Part shown: positions 1-9,877 of the stretch, piece after piece
Position numbering within the stretch: the first letter of the stretch is position 1
How the letters are laid out: every line of letters begins with the position of its first letter
Source of the DNA: a virus
Strand: one strand, 5' to 3'
DNA: 64,000 nt
IMG/VR virus record: IMGVR_UViG_3300046459_000436
Span: 1-64,000 of that record
Program-made: the position numbers and the translations under genes
The notes under the pieces: generated by a model
Told to the model about the DNA's origin: nothing
What the model saw: the letters and a program-made list of their open reading frames with translations, nothing else
Databases searched by the model: none

Positions 1-576
1 GTCGTAGCCGACGGCCATGACGCAGTGGCCGCCCTCGATGCGGGCGCCCTTGACGACGTCCCAGACCTGGCCCGCGTTGAACTGGTCCATCGCGGAGTCG
101 GGGAAGTTCATGCCGATGTTCAGCGAGCCGAACAGGGCGATGGCCTGCTTGACCTCGGCGGTCTTGGAGACGTCCACCGCCGCGTAGGCGATGATTTTGT
201 GGCCGATGAGGCCGTTCTTCCGCCAGTAGGCGAGGACGTCCTGGATGTAGGCGCCCTGGTCCGTGGACGGCTTGGCCGGGTTGTAGCCGGTGATCGCCGA
301 GTAGAACGCGAGTACCTGCGTGGTGGTCGGCTTGACCTCGGTGCCGGATCCGTACCAGGTGAGCTGGTTGATCTGGTGGCCGACCTCGGCGCACGTACAG
401 TCTCCGACCGCGTCATTGCCGAGCATGTCCCAGGTGATCGCCGGATCGGCGAACAGGCACTGCGCCGGGGGCGCGGCGAGGATGCGTTGCCGGTGCTCGG
501 CGAGGACGGCGGAGAGCTTCAGGTGCGGTCTGGCGGGCTGGGCGGGAAGCTTCCCGCCTTGGAAGACGATGGTCAC
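1..576 (-). CDS. Papain-like (C1-type) cysteine peptidase, partial (runs off window), at the usual lysis-gene position
   Basis: Absent from ORF track; manual translation from GTG 576 (GGAG upstream): MTIVFQGGKLP...MLGNDAVGDCTCA...DQGAYIQDVLAYWRKNG...GGHCVMAVGYD, with catalytic-type Cys and His motifs. Confidence 0.75.
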   Translation of the reverse strand, partial: MTIVFQGGKLPAQPARPHLKLSAVLAEHRQRILAAPPAQCLFADPAITWDMLGNDAVGDCTCAEVGHQINQLTWYGSGTEVKPTTTQVLAFYSAITGYNPAKPSTDQGAYIQDVLAYWRKNGLIGHKIIAYAAVDVSKTAEVKQAIALFGSLNIGMNFPDSAMDQFNAGQVWDVVKGARIEGGHCVMAVGYD

Positions 577-606
577 GAGGGCTCCGGAAGGGCGTGATGG
601 GGCATA

Positions 607-640
607 CGAAAGCCCCCGGGCTGGTGACCGAGGGGCGGGC
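607..640 (-). terminator. GC hairpin followed by TTTCGT, terminator/attenuator-like
   Basis: Minus strand GCCCCTCGG-TCACCAGC-CCGGGGGC-TTTCGT. Confidence 0.45.
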
Positions 641-655
641 GAAGACGAGGTTGGA

Positions 656-910
656 TCAGGTGAACGACGGCGGGGTGCTGGCCAGGTTGGGCGCGTAGAC
701 GACCGCCGTGTCCACGACCTTCGAGACCGACACCGGGTTGGTGACACCGGTCGGCCAGTCGACGCCCTTGAGGGCCTGGAGGATTTCCAGCGCGAGGGCG
801 TCATTGCTGTCGGCGCCGGTGGACATCTGGAAACCGCCGTTGATGCTGAGCGTGCCGCTGTCGACGTTCATGGAGAACGTGTAGTTCGTGCCGGTGTTGC
901 TGCTGCTCAC
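656..910 (-). CDS. Small hypothetical tail-region protein (84 aa)
   Basis: C-terminal part of the 656..2083 ORF (VSSSNTGTNYTFSMNV...) has normal composition; GTG start just after previous stop. Confidence 0.7.
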   Translation of the reverse strand: MSSSNTGTNYTFSMNVDSGTLSINGGFQMSTGADSNDALALEILQALKGVDWPTGVTNPVSVSKVVDTAVVYAPNLASTPPSFT

Positions 911-926
911 GCGGGGGCCTTTCGGG

Positions 927-1457
927 TCAGGCGGAGATGCGGACAATGCACGCGGTGCTGCTCGTGCTGGTGCCGGTCGAGGTCGCGAGGGTTCCGCCGG
1001 AGTTCTGCCATCCGGCGAGCTCGATGTAGTCGCCGACGGCCAGTTGCACGAAGCAGGTGCAGCACACGGAGCCGTTGTTGGTGCTGGTGGCGGCGGCCTG
1101 GATGGCGCTGCCTTGGATGGCGGCACCGTTGAGGAGGAATTGCAGGGTGCGGGTGCCGGTGCCGCTGGTGGCCCAGCAGGCGCTGCCGGTTGCGAAGTAC
1201 AGGCCGGCGGTCTGGCAGGTGTAGCGGCTGGTGTTGGTGACGGTGGAGTGGCCGCCGTCGGAGTCGACGATCTCGGTGTCGAGGGTGATGGGTACCGCGG
1301 ACGTGCCGGTGGTGAAGGACTGGGCGGCCGAGGAGTAGGCCTTGAAGCGGACGGGGGCGAACAGGTAGGTGAAGCCCCCGAGGATGTTGGCGTTCCACAG
1401 GGCCGAGGTGTTGAAGTTGCCCGGGACCTCGGTGGGAACGGTAGGGATCGTGGCCAC
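927..1457 (-). CDS. Minor tail / tail-tip protein, beta-sandwich (C1q-like) head
   Basis: 176 aa, S/T-rich, motifs SRYTCQTAGLY and QLAVGDYIEL; follows the large tail protein. Confidence 0.75.
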   Translation of the reverse strand: MATIPTVPTEVPGNFNTSALWNANILGGFTYLFAPVRFKAYSSAAQSFTTGTSAVPITLDTEIVDSDGGHSTVTNTSRYTCQTAGLYFATGSACWATSGTGTRTLQFLLNGAAIQGSAIQAAATSTNNGSVCCTCFVQLAVGDYIELAGWQNSGGTLATSTGTSTSSTACIVRISA

Positions 1458-1469
1458 GGGTAACCCCTC

Positions 1470-4400
1470 TCAGTACGCGAAGGCGGTGGAGTCGAACGCC
1501 GAGGAGGCGTCGTAGGTGGTGGGGTCGGTGACGCCCGTCGGGAGGGGTTCACAGACGATGTCGCCGATGGCGTGGGTGTGAACGGTCGTACCGGTGAGGG
1601 TGATGACTGCGGTCGTCCAGCCAGGTGAGGTGGCGCCGACGCTGAGGATGGTGACGGTCTCTTGGTGCACCGAGTCGCCCATGCTGAGGACGATGGACTG
1701 TCCGGGGCCGAGTTGGGCGGCCAGCGGGTTGGTGTTGTCGGCGCTGGCGTTGACGGTGATCGTGCTGGCGCCGACGGACACGGCCGCGTTGAGCGTGGCG
1801 TGCCAGGCGGCGAAGAGCGCGTAGGGGGTGAGGTCGGCGGGCGAGCACTGGAGGGTCTGGAAGGCTTCGCCGTCGTCGCCGAAGTCCCAGGCGATGTTTT
1901 CGACGAAGCATTCGACCTGGGTGGCCGGCACGTTGGGTGCGCGGCGCATGATGCGGACGCGGGTGCCGAGCTCCAGGGCGAGACAGACGGGCCACATCGC
2001 GGGGTTCGCCGACGGGTGGAGCTTGATGGAACTGACTCGGGTGGCCGGGTTCTTGTAGCGGCTGAGCAGGTAGTTCGCTGCATCCTGACATTCCAGGGCG
2101 CTGCTGGAGTTGACCGTTCTGCTCATGGTGCGGGGGAAGAAGTTGGCGAGGGATGTCGCATCCGTGGCGTAGAACGCCTGGGACGTGGACTCCTGCGTGA
2201 CGGTGACCTGGTTCGACAGGTGGGTGCTGTCGAAGTCCAGGCTGACGTCCTCGTAGGGCCATTCGCCGGATGAGGTGTTCTCCCCGAAGGTGTAGGCGGG
2301 GGTGGTGGCGTTGTAGCGGGCGGACCGGGAGCGGAATGTGACTGTCCCGGCCCGGTTGACGAAGTGTTCGCCCGCCTCGGTGTCCACTACGGCCTGGAGG
2401 GCGCTGACGGCGTCCTGGCCGTCGATGGCCGCGGGTCCCATGGAGGTGGTGAGGCCGGTCTGTACGGAGCTCGGGCCGGTGTACCCGGAGTAGCGCAGGA
2501 TGCGGGCGTAGCGGGCCGCGCTAGAGTCCCCGGCGCAGGCGGAGCGCCAGGCCGTGTACAGGTTGGTGACGGTCGTGGAGCCGAGGAACGACGGGAATTC
2601 GGCGACGAATGAGATGTCGCCCTTGAAATTGAGGATGGTGCCGTTGCCGACGGTGGGGTCCACGTAGGTGCCGACGTTGTCGCTGATCAGCCCAGATGGG
2701 GCGGTGTTCGCCGCGCTGATGTAGGAGTAGACAACCCCGTCGAGGGCGATGAAGGTGGCCGTGGCGGTCGGGTCGAATCCGAAGATGACCAGGTGCCAGT
2801 CGCCGTCGCACACGTTGGTCGTGCCGGCTACTCGGGAGCCTCCCGCTCCCGTGGGGCCCGCCGACGCGAACTGGACGTACCCGGTGGCGCCGATAGTGAG
2901 GAGGAGGTCCGATCCCGCAGGGACGCCGAGGGCGCGCTGGTTGTCGAATCCCGACCAGAGCACAGCGCTGTTGGCCGGGACCGCTCCTCCCGTGTAGCGG
3001 AAGGCGATCATGCGCGTCCAGATGGTTGTCGCCGGGCCGAGGATGCCGGTCGAGCCGAGGCTGATGAACGTTGCTGCGCTGATCGTGTTGGTGCCCGGGT
3101 TGGCGTTGTTGAGCCTGGCGACAGTGCCGGAGCTGCCCGCGTAGGTGCCACCGGCGTCGTTCGCGGCGATCGCGTTGCCGAAGGTCAGGCTGCCCGCACC
3201 GTACTTGGAGGTGGCGAGCTGCGCGGCCAGGTAGGTGCCGGTGGTGTCCGATACGGACGTGGAGCCCGACGGGTCGTCGAGCTTGAACAGGAACCGCGGC
3301 GAGAGGGTGCTGATCTCCTGGGTGAGGGGGTCCGACAGGGTCTTCTGTGACAGCAGACTGAAGGCGTCCACGGCCGACGGGACGACCTTGCCGTAGGTGC
3401 CGGACATGTCCCAGGTCGACGGCCACCGCTCCATGAACCCTGCGTAAACCGGGTTCCACAGACCAGGGCAGGCCCACGCTGACGCGGTGGAGCCCTTCTC
3501 CAGTTGCCAGCCGTCGACCTGCAGCGAACATGTGGCCGCTGCCGACGATGCGAGGGCCACGCCCACGTCGATGCCCGCCGCGTTACTGGGGGCGGTCGCG
3601 GTGACCGTGATGGTCGTCCACGCGGCCGTCGTCGAGCCCGTCAGGGACGCCGACGAGCCGTAGGTGAACGACGTCGGTGTCGAGCCGCCGCCCGCGGTGT
3701 ACCAGCCGAGGAACGCCTGCACGCTCAGGCTCGTGGATGCGGTGACGTCCCGCACCCGCAGCTGCACCGTGTACGTCTGCCCCGGGATGACGCTGAACCG
3801 GGGCGTGTGGCAGGCGCGCGACGCCGACGCGGACCCGTTCGGCACCGCGAACTGCATGACCATGCCGCCAGCCCACGCCGTGGCGGTAGCGACGAACGAG
3901 CCGCCCGAGGTGTCGGTCGAGGAGAAGATGTCCGCGCCCGCCGAGCCAGATGGGATCGTGCCCGCCGAGTAGCCGCCCAGGTCGCCGCCCGTGGCGTGGA
4001 CCTGGTCCAGGAGGTTGCGGGTCGGCGGCCACTGTGCCCGGCGTCGGTACGGCTGGTACGGCTGAATGTGCCCGTACCAGGGCCCGGAGGCGTTGACCGG
4101 GTCGAGGGCGGCGTCCGTGTTGGCGAGCGTGAGGTTGGCCTCGCCGGAGCGCACCTGGTCCGTCTCGTACTGACGGCCGCGCGACGTCCCCATCGACCCG
4201 CGGGTTCGGTCGGAGACCTCCACGTAACGGTCGAGCGGCGAGTCGCCCGCGTTGGCGTTCCAGTACGGTGCCCACGCATCCTCGATGGTCGGCCAGTTCA
4301 GGTTGAAGGGGCCGCCGAGCATGGTGTTGACGTGCTGGATCGTGGCAGCGTTGCCTGCGGCTTCGGTCCCGCCGGCGCTGGTCTGGAACAGGAACTGCAT

Positions 4401-4892
4401 CGCGGTCGCCGACCACGAGTAGGTGCTGCTGCCGAGCGTCGTCCACGTGAAGCCGTCCGCCGATGCCTCCGCGAAGAATGTGCCGGACGCTTCCCGCAGC
4501 CGCCACCAGCCGTGGGCGTTGGGATCGTAGGTGGTCAGTGCCGTGTTGACCGTCACTCCGGCGGTGAGCACGGTCAGACGGAACACACCCGCTTCGAGGC
4601 GCATCGATACCGCGTTGCTGGCGTCGACCATCAGCTTGAAGATGGTTTTGGTGTTGCCGGAGCCGTTCGGGACCGCCCCCACCTCGGCGTACACGGCACT
4701 CGACGTTGCGTCGTACACACTGGTCGATCCGAAGGTGTTCGTTGTGCCGCTGACCGTGGGCTGCGCCAGTGACACGAGATCATTGACGCTGTCCAGGGCT
4801 GCTGCGCCGCCCGTGACGTTGTTCCACACCACGGCGTTGATGGCCGCTGCGGTGAACGGGTCGGCGAACGTGGACAGCTTGGGGTTGGGCAC
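1470..4892 (-). CDS. Large minor tail / baseplate protein with CBM-like and LamG-like domains
   Basis: 1140 aa directly after TMP; RGRQYETD..SGEANLTLAN, VDGWQLEKGSTAS, DGDWHLV motifs. Confidence 0.85.
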   Translation of the reverse strand: MPNPKLSTFADPFTAAAINAVVWNNVTGGAAALDSVNDLVSLAQPTVSGTTNTFGSTSVYDATSSAVYAEVGAVPNGSGNTKTIFKLMVDASNAVSMRLEAGVFRLTVLTAGVTVNTALTTYDPNAHGWWRLREASGTFFAEASADGFTWTTLGSSTYSWSATAMQFLFQTSAGGTEAAGNAATIQHVNTMLGGPFNLNWPTIEDAWAPYWNANAGDSPLDRYVEVSDRTRGSMGTSRGRQYETDQVRSGEANLTLANTDAALDPVNASGPWYGHIQPYQPYRRRAQWPPTRNLLDQVHATGGDLGGYSAGTIPSGSAGADIFSSTDTSGGSFVATATAWAGGMVMQFAVPNGSASASRACHTPRFSVIPGQTYTVQLRVRDVTASTSLSVQAFLGWYTAGGGSTPTSFTYGSSASLTGSTTAAWTTITVTATAPSNAAGIDVGVALASSAAATCSLQVDGWQLEKGSTASAWACPGLWNPVYAGFMERWPSTWDMSGTYGKVVPSAVDAFSLLSQKTLSDPLTQEISTLSPRFLFKLDDPSGSTSVSDTTGTYLAAQLATSKYGAGSLTFGNAIAANDAGGTYAGSSGTVARLNNANPGTNTISAATFISLGSTGILGPATTIWTRMIAFRYTGGAVPANSAVLWSGFDNQRALGVPAGSDLLLTIGATGYVQFASAGPTGAGGSRVAGTTNVCDGDWHLVIFGFDPTATATFIALDGVVYSYISAANTAPSGLISDNVGTYVDPTVGNGTILNFKGDISFVAEFPSFLGSTTVTNLYTAWRSACAGDSSAARYARILRYSGYTGPSSVQTGLTTSMGPAAIDGQDAVSALQAVVDTEAGEHFVNRAGTVTFRSRSARYNATTPAYTFGENTSSGEWPYEDVSLDFDSTHLSNQVTVTQESTSQAFYATDATSLANFFPRTMSRTVNSSSALECQDAANYLLSRYKNPATRVSSIKLHPSANPAMWPVCLALELGTRVRIMRRAPNVPATQVECFVENIAWDFGDDGEAFQTLQCSPADLTPYALFAAWHATLNAAVSVGASTITVNASADNTNPLAAQLGPGQSIVLSMGDSVHQETVTILSVGATSPGWTTAVITLTGTTVHTHAIGDIVCEPLPTGVTDPTTYDASSAFDSTAFAY

Positions 4893-4938
4893 CGAGCACC
4901 TCCTGGATGTCGGCGCCCGGTGGCGCCCCTCGTGCTGG

Positions 4939-7900
4939 TCAGCGCTTGTACGGCACGTAGGTGCCCGAGTTCCGCATGCCGAGGCGCAGCATCGACTGCT
5001 CCACGACGTCCCGGAGATTGCGTTCGGTCATGACGTGGCCCTCGACCTGGATCGTCAGATGGTTGTGGACGACCGTCCCCCCGGCGCCTCGACCGCCACC
5101 CGCTAGTGCGAGCCCAGGGTTTCCTGGGGTACCTGCGGCCGTGACGGCGCCGGCAAGGTTCGACGCGGCCGTGGTGGCGTGGTGGGCGGCGCCCTCAATG
5201 CCCTTGGCGAGGCCTTGGGGAATGAACACGCCGAGGTCGGCGAAGACCTGCGACGGGCTCCTGATCCCCAACGCCTTCTTGATCGCTCTTTGCATGGCCT
5301 TGGCGATCCGCATCATCTGCCGCTCGATCGCCTTCTCCTGCGACTGCAGTCCCTTGACCAGGCCCTGCGCAGATTTGATGCCAGCCCCGTACATCGAGTC
5401 CGCCACCGACTTGCCAGCCGCGTTCGCCGCGCTCTTCGTGGCCGTCTGCAACTGATTGATCTGCTTGATCTGTGACTTCGACGCACCCGACAGGGCGGCG
5501 GCGGTCGCCCCGCCCTGGTCCACGCCGGCGCCAGCTATCTGCTCGATCAGGTCCGCGCGCAGGCCCTTCTTCTTCAAGGCCTGCAACTGGGCTGCGAACT
5601 GGGTGGCCTTGGCCATCTGGTCGCGCATCTTGTTGACCACGTCCTGCGCGGTCAACGCGAACCCCTCCTGGGGGGCGTCCGTGACGACGGAGAAGCCCTG
5701 CATGATCCCCGAGGCGACCGACTTGGCTTCGTCGGACCATGCCTTCTTCAGGTCGGCGAGCTTCTTCTGTGCAGCCTTCAGCCGGGTGGCCACGTCATCG
5801 CGCTTGTGCGCGAGGCCCATCAGCTCCTTCGACTCCCGGGCGACGTACCGCTGCAAACCCCTGTGGTGGCTTCCGAAGTCGACGTATAGATCCTTGGCCA
5901 GTCGGGTCGTTGCGGACTTCACCCGGGCCGTGGATCCGGTCAGGCCGTCTACGAGACCGTGGACCACCCACCCGCCGAGTTCCTTGAACTTTTTCGACGG
6001 CGACGCGATACCGAGGAACTTCTTCGCCGAGTTCAGCGCACCCTCGGCCAGTCCCTTCATCGCGCTGACCAGAGATGACCCGCCGTTTCGGACGCCCTGG
6101 ATGATGCCGTCGATGATCGCCTTGCCGATCTGCAGGAACCGGGATCCGATGCCCTTGACGGCACTCCATGCGGCGTTGAGGCCGCTGGTGATCGACCTCT
6201 TGATGTTGCCGACCGCGGTGGTGATGCTGCGCCACGCGGCGAGGAGGGGGGTGACCATCGCCGTTTTGATGGCGTTCCACGCGCTGCTCGCGATCGACTT
6301 GATTGCCATCCAGTTGGCGTGGAGAAAGCCGGCGACGGTCTGCCACACCGACTGGAGTCGGTGCCAGATCGCCATGACGGGGTTGATGATGGCGATCTGG
6401 ATGCCACGCCACACAGCGCCGGCGACGGCCTTGATTCCGTTCCATGTGGCATGGAGAAGCGCTTTGATTCCGTTCCAGGCGGCCTTCGCGACGTTGGTGA
6501 TCTGGGTGTGGAAGTGGTTCCAGGTCGCGACCAGGATGCCGATCGGCAGCGCAAAGATCAGCAGGAGGAGCGGCCACCACTTCCGGAAGAACCCGGTGAT
6601 GCCATTCCATACGGTGGCGGTGGTGCGCCCCACCCAGTGCCAGGCGCCCACGATGGGGTCGGCGACCATGTGCCACGCGGACGAGAAGAAACTCGCCACC
6701 GAGCGCCAGGCGCCGACCACCCAGTTGGTGATCGAATGCCAGATGCTGGCGGTGCCGTCGGCGACCCAATGCCACGCGGCGACGACTGCGTGGGCGACTG
6801 CCAGCCCGATGGTCTTGATGAAGCCCCAGACCTGCCGCCAGTGCATGGCCAGCATCACGAGTCCCGCGATGAGCAGGGCGATACCGATGACGATCTCGGG
6901 GATGCCGGTTGCCCACAGCGCTGCGGCCATGTTCCACAGGGAGACCGTGAAGGCATAGACCGCGGCCACCAGGAGTGTCCCGATGACCGCCGCCAAGGCC
7001 GCCGCGACGTCCTTGTGCTTCTCGAAGAACGTGACGGTCGCGAGAATCACCGGGATCAGCTTCAGGCCGAGGGCGATCGCCACAGTGACGATGGCTTCCT
7101 TGAGTCGGCTCATCTGCACGTTGAAGCTGGCCTGGGTGGTCTTCCAGCCTTCGACGTCCTTGGAGGCGTGGTTGAGCGATGTGGCGACCTTGTCGACGCG
7201 GTCCTTGAAGCCGTCGGTGTTCTCGCCGGTCAACTGAAGGGTGGTGTTCAGGCCGATGGCGCCGCCGGTCATCTTCTTGATGGCCTCGGTGTACGTCTGG
7301 GCCGCCGGGCCGCCACGCTTCAACTCGGCTGAGAATCCGTTGGTCTTGTTCTGGAGCGTCGCATACTGCGTCAAAAGGTTGGCCTGCTCGGGCGGGAGGG
7401 TCTTCAGCTCCTTGCGCCAGTCCCCCAGGGAGATGGAGCCCTTCGAGTAGGACTGGGCCAGCTTCTGCAGGTTCGCCGGCATGCTCTTGACCATCGCGTC
7501 CGCGTCCTGGGCGGCTTGCTTGGTCTTGTTGAACGCCGACAGCAGCAGGGTCCCGCTGGGCCCCATCTTGCCGAGGACGGTCTGGCTGAGCAGGTCCAGG
7601 GTGCCGGTAAGACCCCGCTTCCCGATCTTGGTTGCCACATCCGTGCTGGACAGACCGAGGCGCTGCATCTCCTGCACGGCAACACCATTGGGCGCGGCGA
7701 GAGAGCGGATGGTGGAGGCGAGTTCCTGCGTGGCCTCGCGGGCACTGGTGCCGTGCTGGGACAGCGTGGCGATGGCGCCACCGACCTCGGCGAACGAGAC
7801 CTTGTTGGCAGACGCGATGGGGATGACCGTGGACAGTGCGCCCGCGAACTCCTGCATCGTCATCTTGCCCTCGCCGGCCGCGGTCTTCAACGCGTTCATG

Positions 7901-8397
7901 ACCCGCACGCTGTCGGTGGCCTTGAGGTGGTAGGAGGCCATCACCGATGTCATGGCGTTGGTGACGTCCTTGAGGTCGGCGCCCTCCTCGCGGGCACCTT
8001 GTGCTGCGGCGCGCAATACTTTCAGGCCGTCCCCGGCGCGGTATCCGGCCTTCTCGACCTGATACATGCCCTCGGAGAGCACATCGGTGGAGGTGCCGGT
8101 CTCCCGGGCCATGGACAGGACGCCATTGGAGACCATCTTGAGGTTCTTCGTGGACTCGCCGCAGGCGGTAACCAGCAGGTTCATCTTCTGCTGAAAGTCG
8201 CCCGCCGCCTTGACCCCGTAGGCGAGGAATGCGGCGCCGACCAGGACGGTGGCCCCGCCGAGCTTGGTCATGGCGGCGCGAGCCCCGCCCATACTGGCGG
8301 TGAACGACTCGCCCTCCGTGGTGGCCCGGCGCATTCCCATCGTGAACGGCGCGGTCTCGGCTCGGAGCCGCACGAACAGGTCGGCGACGTCAGCCAT
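4939..8397 (-). CDS. Tail tape measure protein
   Basis: 1152 aa, Ala-rich helical, ~11-residue Trp periodicity, LGIASPSK and LGIRSPSQ motifs. Confidence 0.95.
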   Translation of the reverse strand: MADVADLFVRLRAETAPFTMGMRRATTEGESFTASMGGARAAMTKLGGATVLVGAAFLAYGVKAAGDFQQKMNLLVTACGESTKNLKMVSNGVLSMARETGTSTDVLSEGMYQVEKAGYRAGDGLKVLRAAAQGAREEGADLKDVTNAMTSVMASYHLKATDSVRVMNALKTAAGEGKMTMQEFAGALSTVIPIASANKVSFAEVGGAIATLSQHGTSAREATQELASTIRSLAAPNGVAVQEMQRLGLSSTDVATKIGKRGLTGTLDLLSQTVLGKMGPSGTLLLSAFNKTKQAAQDADAMVKSMPANLQKLAQSYSKGSISLGDWRKELKTLPPEQANLLTQYATLQNKTNGFSAELKRGGPAAQTYTEAIKKMTGGAIGLNTTLQLTGENTDGFKDRVDKVATSLNHASKDVEGWKTTQASFNVQMSRLKEAIVTVAIALGLKLIPVILATVTFFEKHKDVAAALAAVIGTLLVAAVYAFTVSLWNMAAALWATGIPEIVIGIALLIAGLVMLAMHWRQVWGFIKTIGLAVAHAVVAAWHWVADGTASIWHSITNWVVGAWRSVASFFSSAWHMVADPIVGAWHWVGRTTATVWNGITGFFRKWWPLLLLIFALPIGILVATWNHFHTQITNVAKAAWNGIKALLHATWNGIKAVAGAVWRGIQIAIINPVMAIWHRLQSVWQTVAGFLHANWMAIKSIASSAWNAIKTAMVTPLLAAWRSITTAVGNIKRSITSGLNAAWSAVKGIGSRFLQIGKAIIDGIIQGVRNGGSSLVSAMKGLAEGALNSAKKFLGIASPSKKFKELGGWVVHGLVDGLTGSTARVKSATTRLAKDLYVDFGSHHRGLQRYVARESKELMGLAHKRDDVATRLKAAQKKLADLKKAWSDEAKSVASGIMQGFSVVTDAPQEGFALTAQDVVNKMRDQMAKATQFAAQLQALKKKGLRADLIEQIAGAGVDQGGATAAALSGASKSQIKQINQLQTATKSAANAAGKSVADSMYGAGIKSAQGLVKGLQSQEKAIERQMMRIAKAMQRAIKKALGIRSPSQVFADLGVFIPQGLAKGIEGAAHHATTAASNLAGAVTAAGTPGNPGLALAGGGRGAGGTVVHNHLTIQVEGHVMTERNLRDVVEQSMLRLGMRNSGTYVPYKR

Positions 8398-8463
8398 GGG
8401 AGCCCCCTCGGTTCTTGGAGTGGGGGCGCGGCGGGGCCACAGGCTGAGGGGTGTACTGGTGGG

Positions 8464-8922
8464 TTACCTCGCGCGCCAGCCGGGGCGGAATACCCGCTGG
8501 TACAGGGCCGGTGCGACGTGGGTGATGCCGAAGCGGTAGGCGGGCCCCAGGAATGGGTACGTCGCCCCGTTGCGGAGGCCCTCTTTCTCCAGGATCAGGC
8601 CGTAGCGGTTGGCCGGCGTGCGGCCGTAGGGCGGCGTGAACCCGACCGCGGTGCCGACCTTGGTCTCCCAGCCGCCGCCGACGAAGATGACCGGCGAGTG
8701 GGTGATGGCGCGGCGCAGCGTCCCGGAGATGACGGCCGGACCGGTGCCGGGCCGTGCTGGCGTCGGGGTGCCGCGTCGGTGCGCGCCGACGGAGGCGTTG
8801 ACCTTGGCCTGGCGTTCGATGGCGTTGGCCAGTTGGGTCAGGAAGGTCTTGGACTTGAGCTGGCCTTCGCGTTCGACCTCGGTGAAGATGCGCGTGAACT
8901 CGCCCGGCCGGAGTTCCGGCAC
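8464..8922 (-). CDS. HK97 gp10-like tail completion protein
   Basis: PAVISGTLRRAI, YGLILE..G, YPFLGPA motifs. Confidence 0.75.
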   Translation of the reverse strand: MPELRPGEFTRIFTEVEREGQLKSKTFLTQLANAIERQAKVNASVGAHRRGTPTPARPGTGPAVISGTLRRAITHSPVIFVGGGWETKVGTAVGFTPPYGRTPANRYGLILEKEGLRNGATYPFLGPAYRFGITHVAPALYQRVFRPGWRAR

Positions 8923-8926
8923 ATCC

Positions 8927-9199
8927 TCACCCCGCCCCCTGGCGCCTGGCCTTGCGTTCGGCGCGTTCGGCTTCGCGTTCCTCGTGGGTGCCGATCATGC
9001 CGAGGAAGTCGAGGGCGTAGCGGCGCACGTAGGCGGGGGTCTGCTGGAGTTCGTCCCACGACCAGTGCATGCGGCGCATGAGGATGAAGTCGGCCCACTC
9101 GGCGGGCGAACCGGTGCCGCCCCAGGTGCCCTCGATGATGGCTTCGACGGGCAGGAGGACGTCTTCGTAGTAGGGGCTGCCGGGCCCTACTGAGGGTCC
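8927..9199 (-). CDS. Tail assembly chaperone C-terminal extension (gpT-like), -1 frame
   Basis: Open -1 frame overlapping the chaperone end: GPSVGPGSPYYEDVLLPVEAIIEGTW...ADFILMRRMHWSWDELQQTPAYVRR...; no good start of its own. Confidence 0.7.
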   Translation of the reverse strand, partial: GPSVGPGSPYYEDVLLPVEAIIEGTWGGTGSPAEWADFILMRRMHWSWDELQQTPAYVRRYALDFLGMIGTHEEREAERAERKARRQGAG

Positions 9200-9591
9200 A
9201 CGACGCGCTCAAGCTCCGCCATGATGCGCTTGATGATGACCATGGGGAGGCGGCCGATGTTCTCGATGGTGATGGCGCCCAGGCGCGGCTGTTGGCCGAC
9301 GCCGAGGGACTCGAAGAGCGCGACAGGGTCGGCATCCTCGGCAACGTCCGGCGTGTCGCCGCCGCTGAATGCCTCGTAGACCTTCCAGGCGACGATGATG
9401 CGCGCGAACACCGCATACATGGCCTCGTTGGCGCCCTGCGGATCGACCGGCTGCCCCTTGTCGTCGAGGGGCACATCCTCCGGGGTGATCTCCTTGGGTG
9501 GCAGGAGCTGCGGGTTCTTCATGAGGATCGAGCAGTCGTCGCCCAGTTCGGGGAACTGGAGCAGGACATACGGCTGGCTGTAGCCCGACAT
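9187..9591 (-). CDS. Tail assembly chaperone (gpG-like)
   Basis: 134 aa acidic protein between major tail and TMP, AAGGAG RBS, ends VVDPQ*. Confidence 0.8.
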   Translation of the reverse strand: MSGYSQPYVLLQFPELGDDCSILMKNPQLLPPKEITPEDVPLDDKGQPVDPQGANEAMYAVFARIIVAWKVYEAFSGGDTPDVAEDADPVALFESLGVGQQPRLGAITIENIGRLPMVIIKRIMAELERVVDPQ

Positions 9592-9685
9592 GGATGGTTC
9601 TCCTTGCGGTGCGAGGGCGTTGAGGGCGTGAACCCTGGCCGTGCCGCGACGCCCTCACGCACGACACAGCCAGGGAGTAGGGCGG

Positions 9686-9877
9686 CTACAGGGTCGGTTC
9701 GCAGGTCAGAAGGTCATGACCCCTGACGCGATACCACTCGGCGAGGGCGACGCCGATGACATCGCCGATCTCCGCACAGACGTCGTCGGCGTACATCTGC
9801 TCGCCATCTTTGAGCGGCAGATGCTCTGACTTGTGCACGGTGAAGGCGACCGTCAACCGGTGGAACTCCCGGGCCAT
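9686..9877 (-). CDS. Hypothetical protein (63 aa)
   Basis: TGATG coupling with the major tail stop. Confidence 0.55.
   Translation of the reverse strand: MAREFHRLTVAFTVHKSEHLPLKDGEQMYADDVCAEIGDVIGVALAEWYRVRGHDLLTCEPTL

Noticed and set aside
656-2083. 475-aa Pro/Ser-rich ORF
   Set aside because: Alternative frame of tail genes; only the last 84 aa look real
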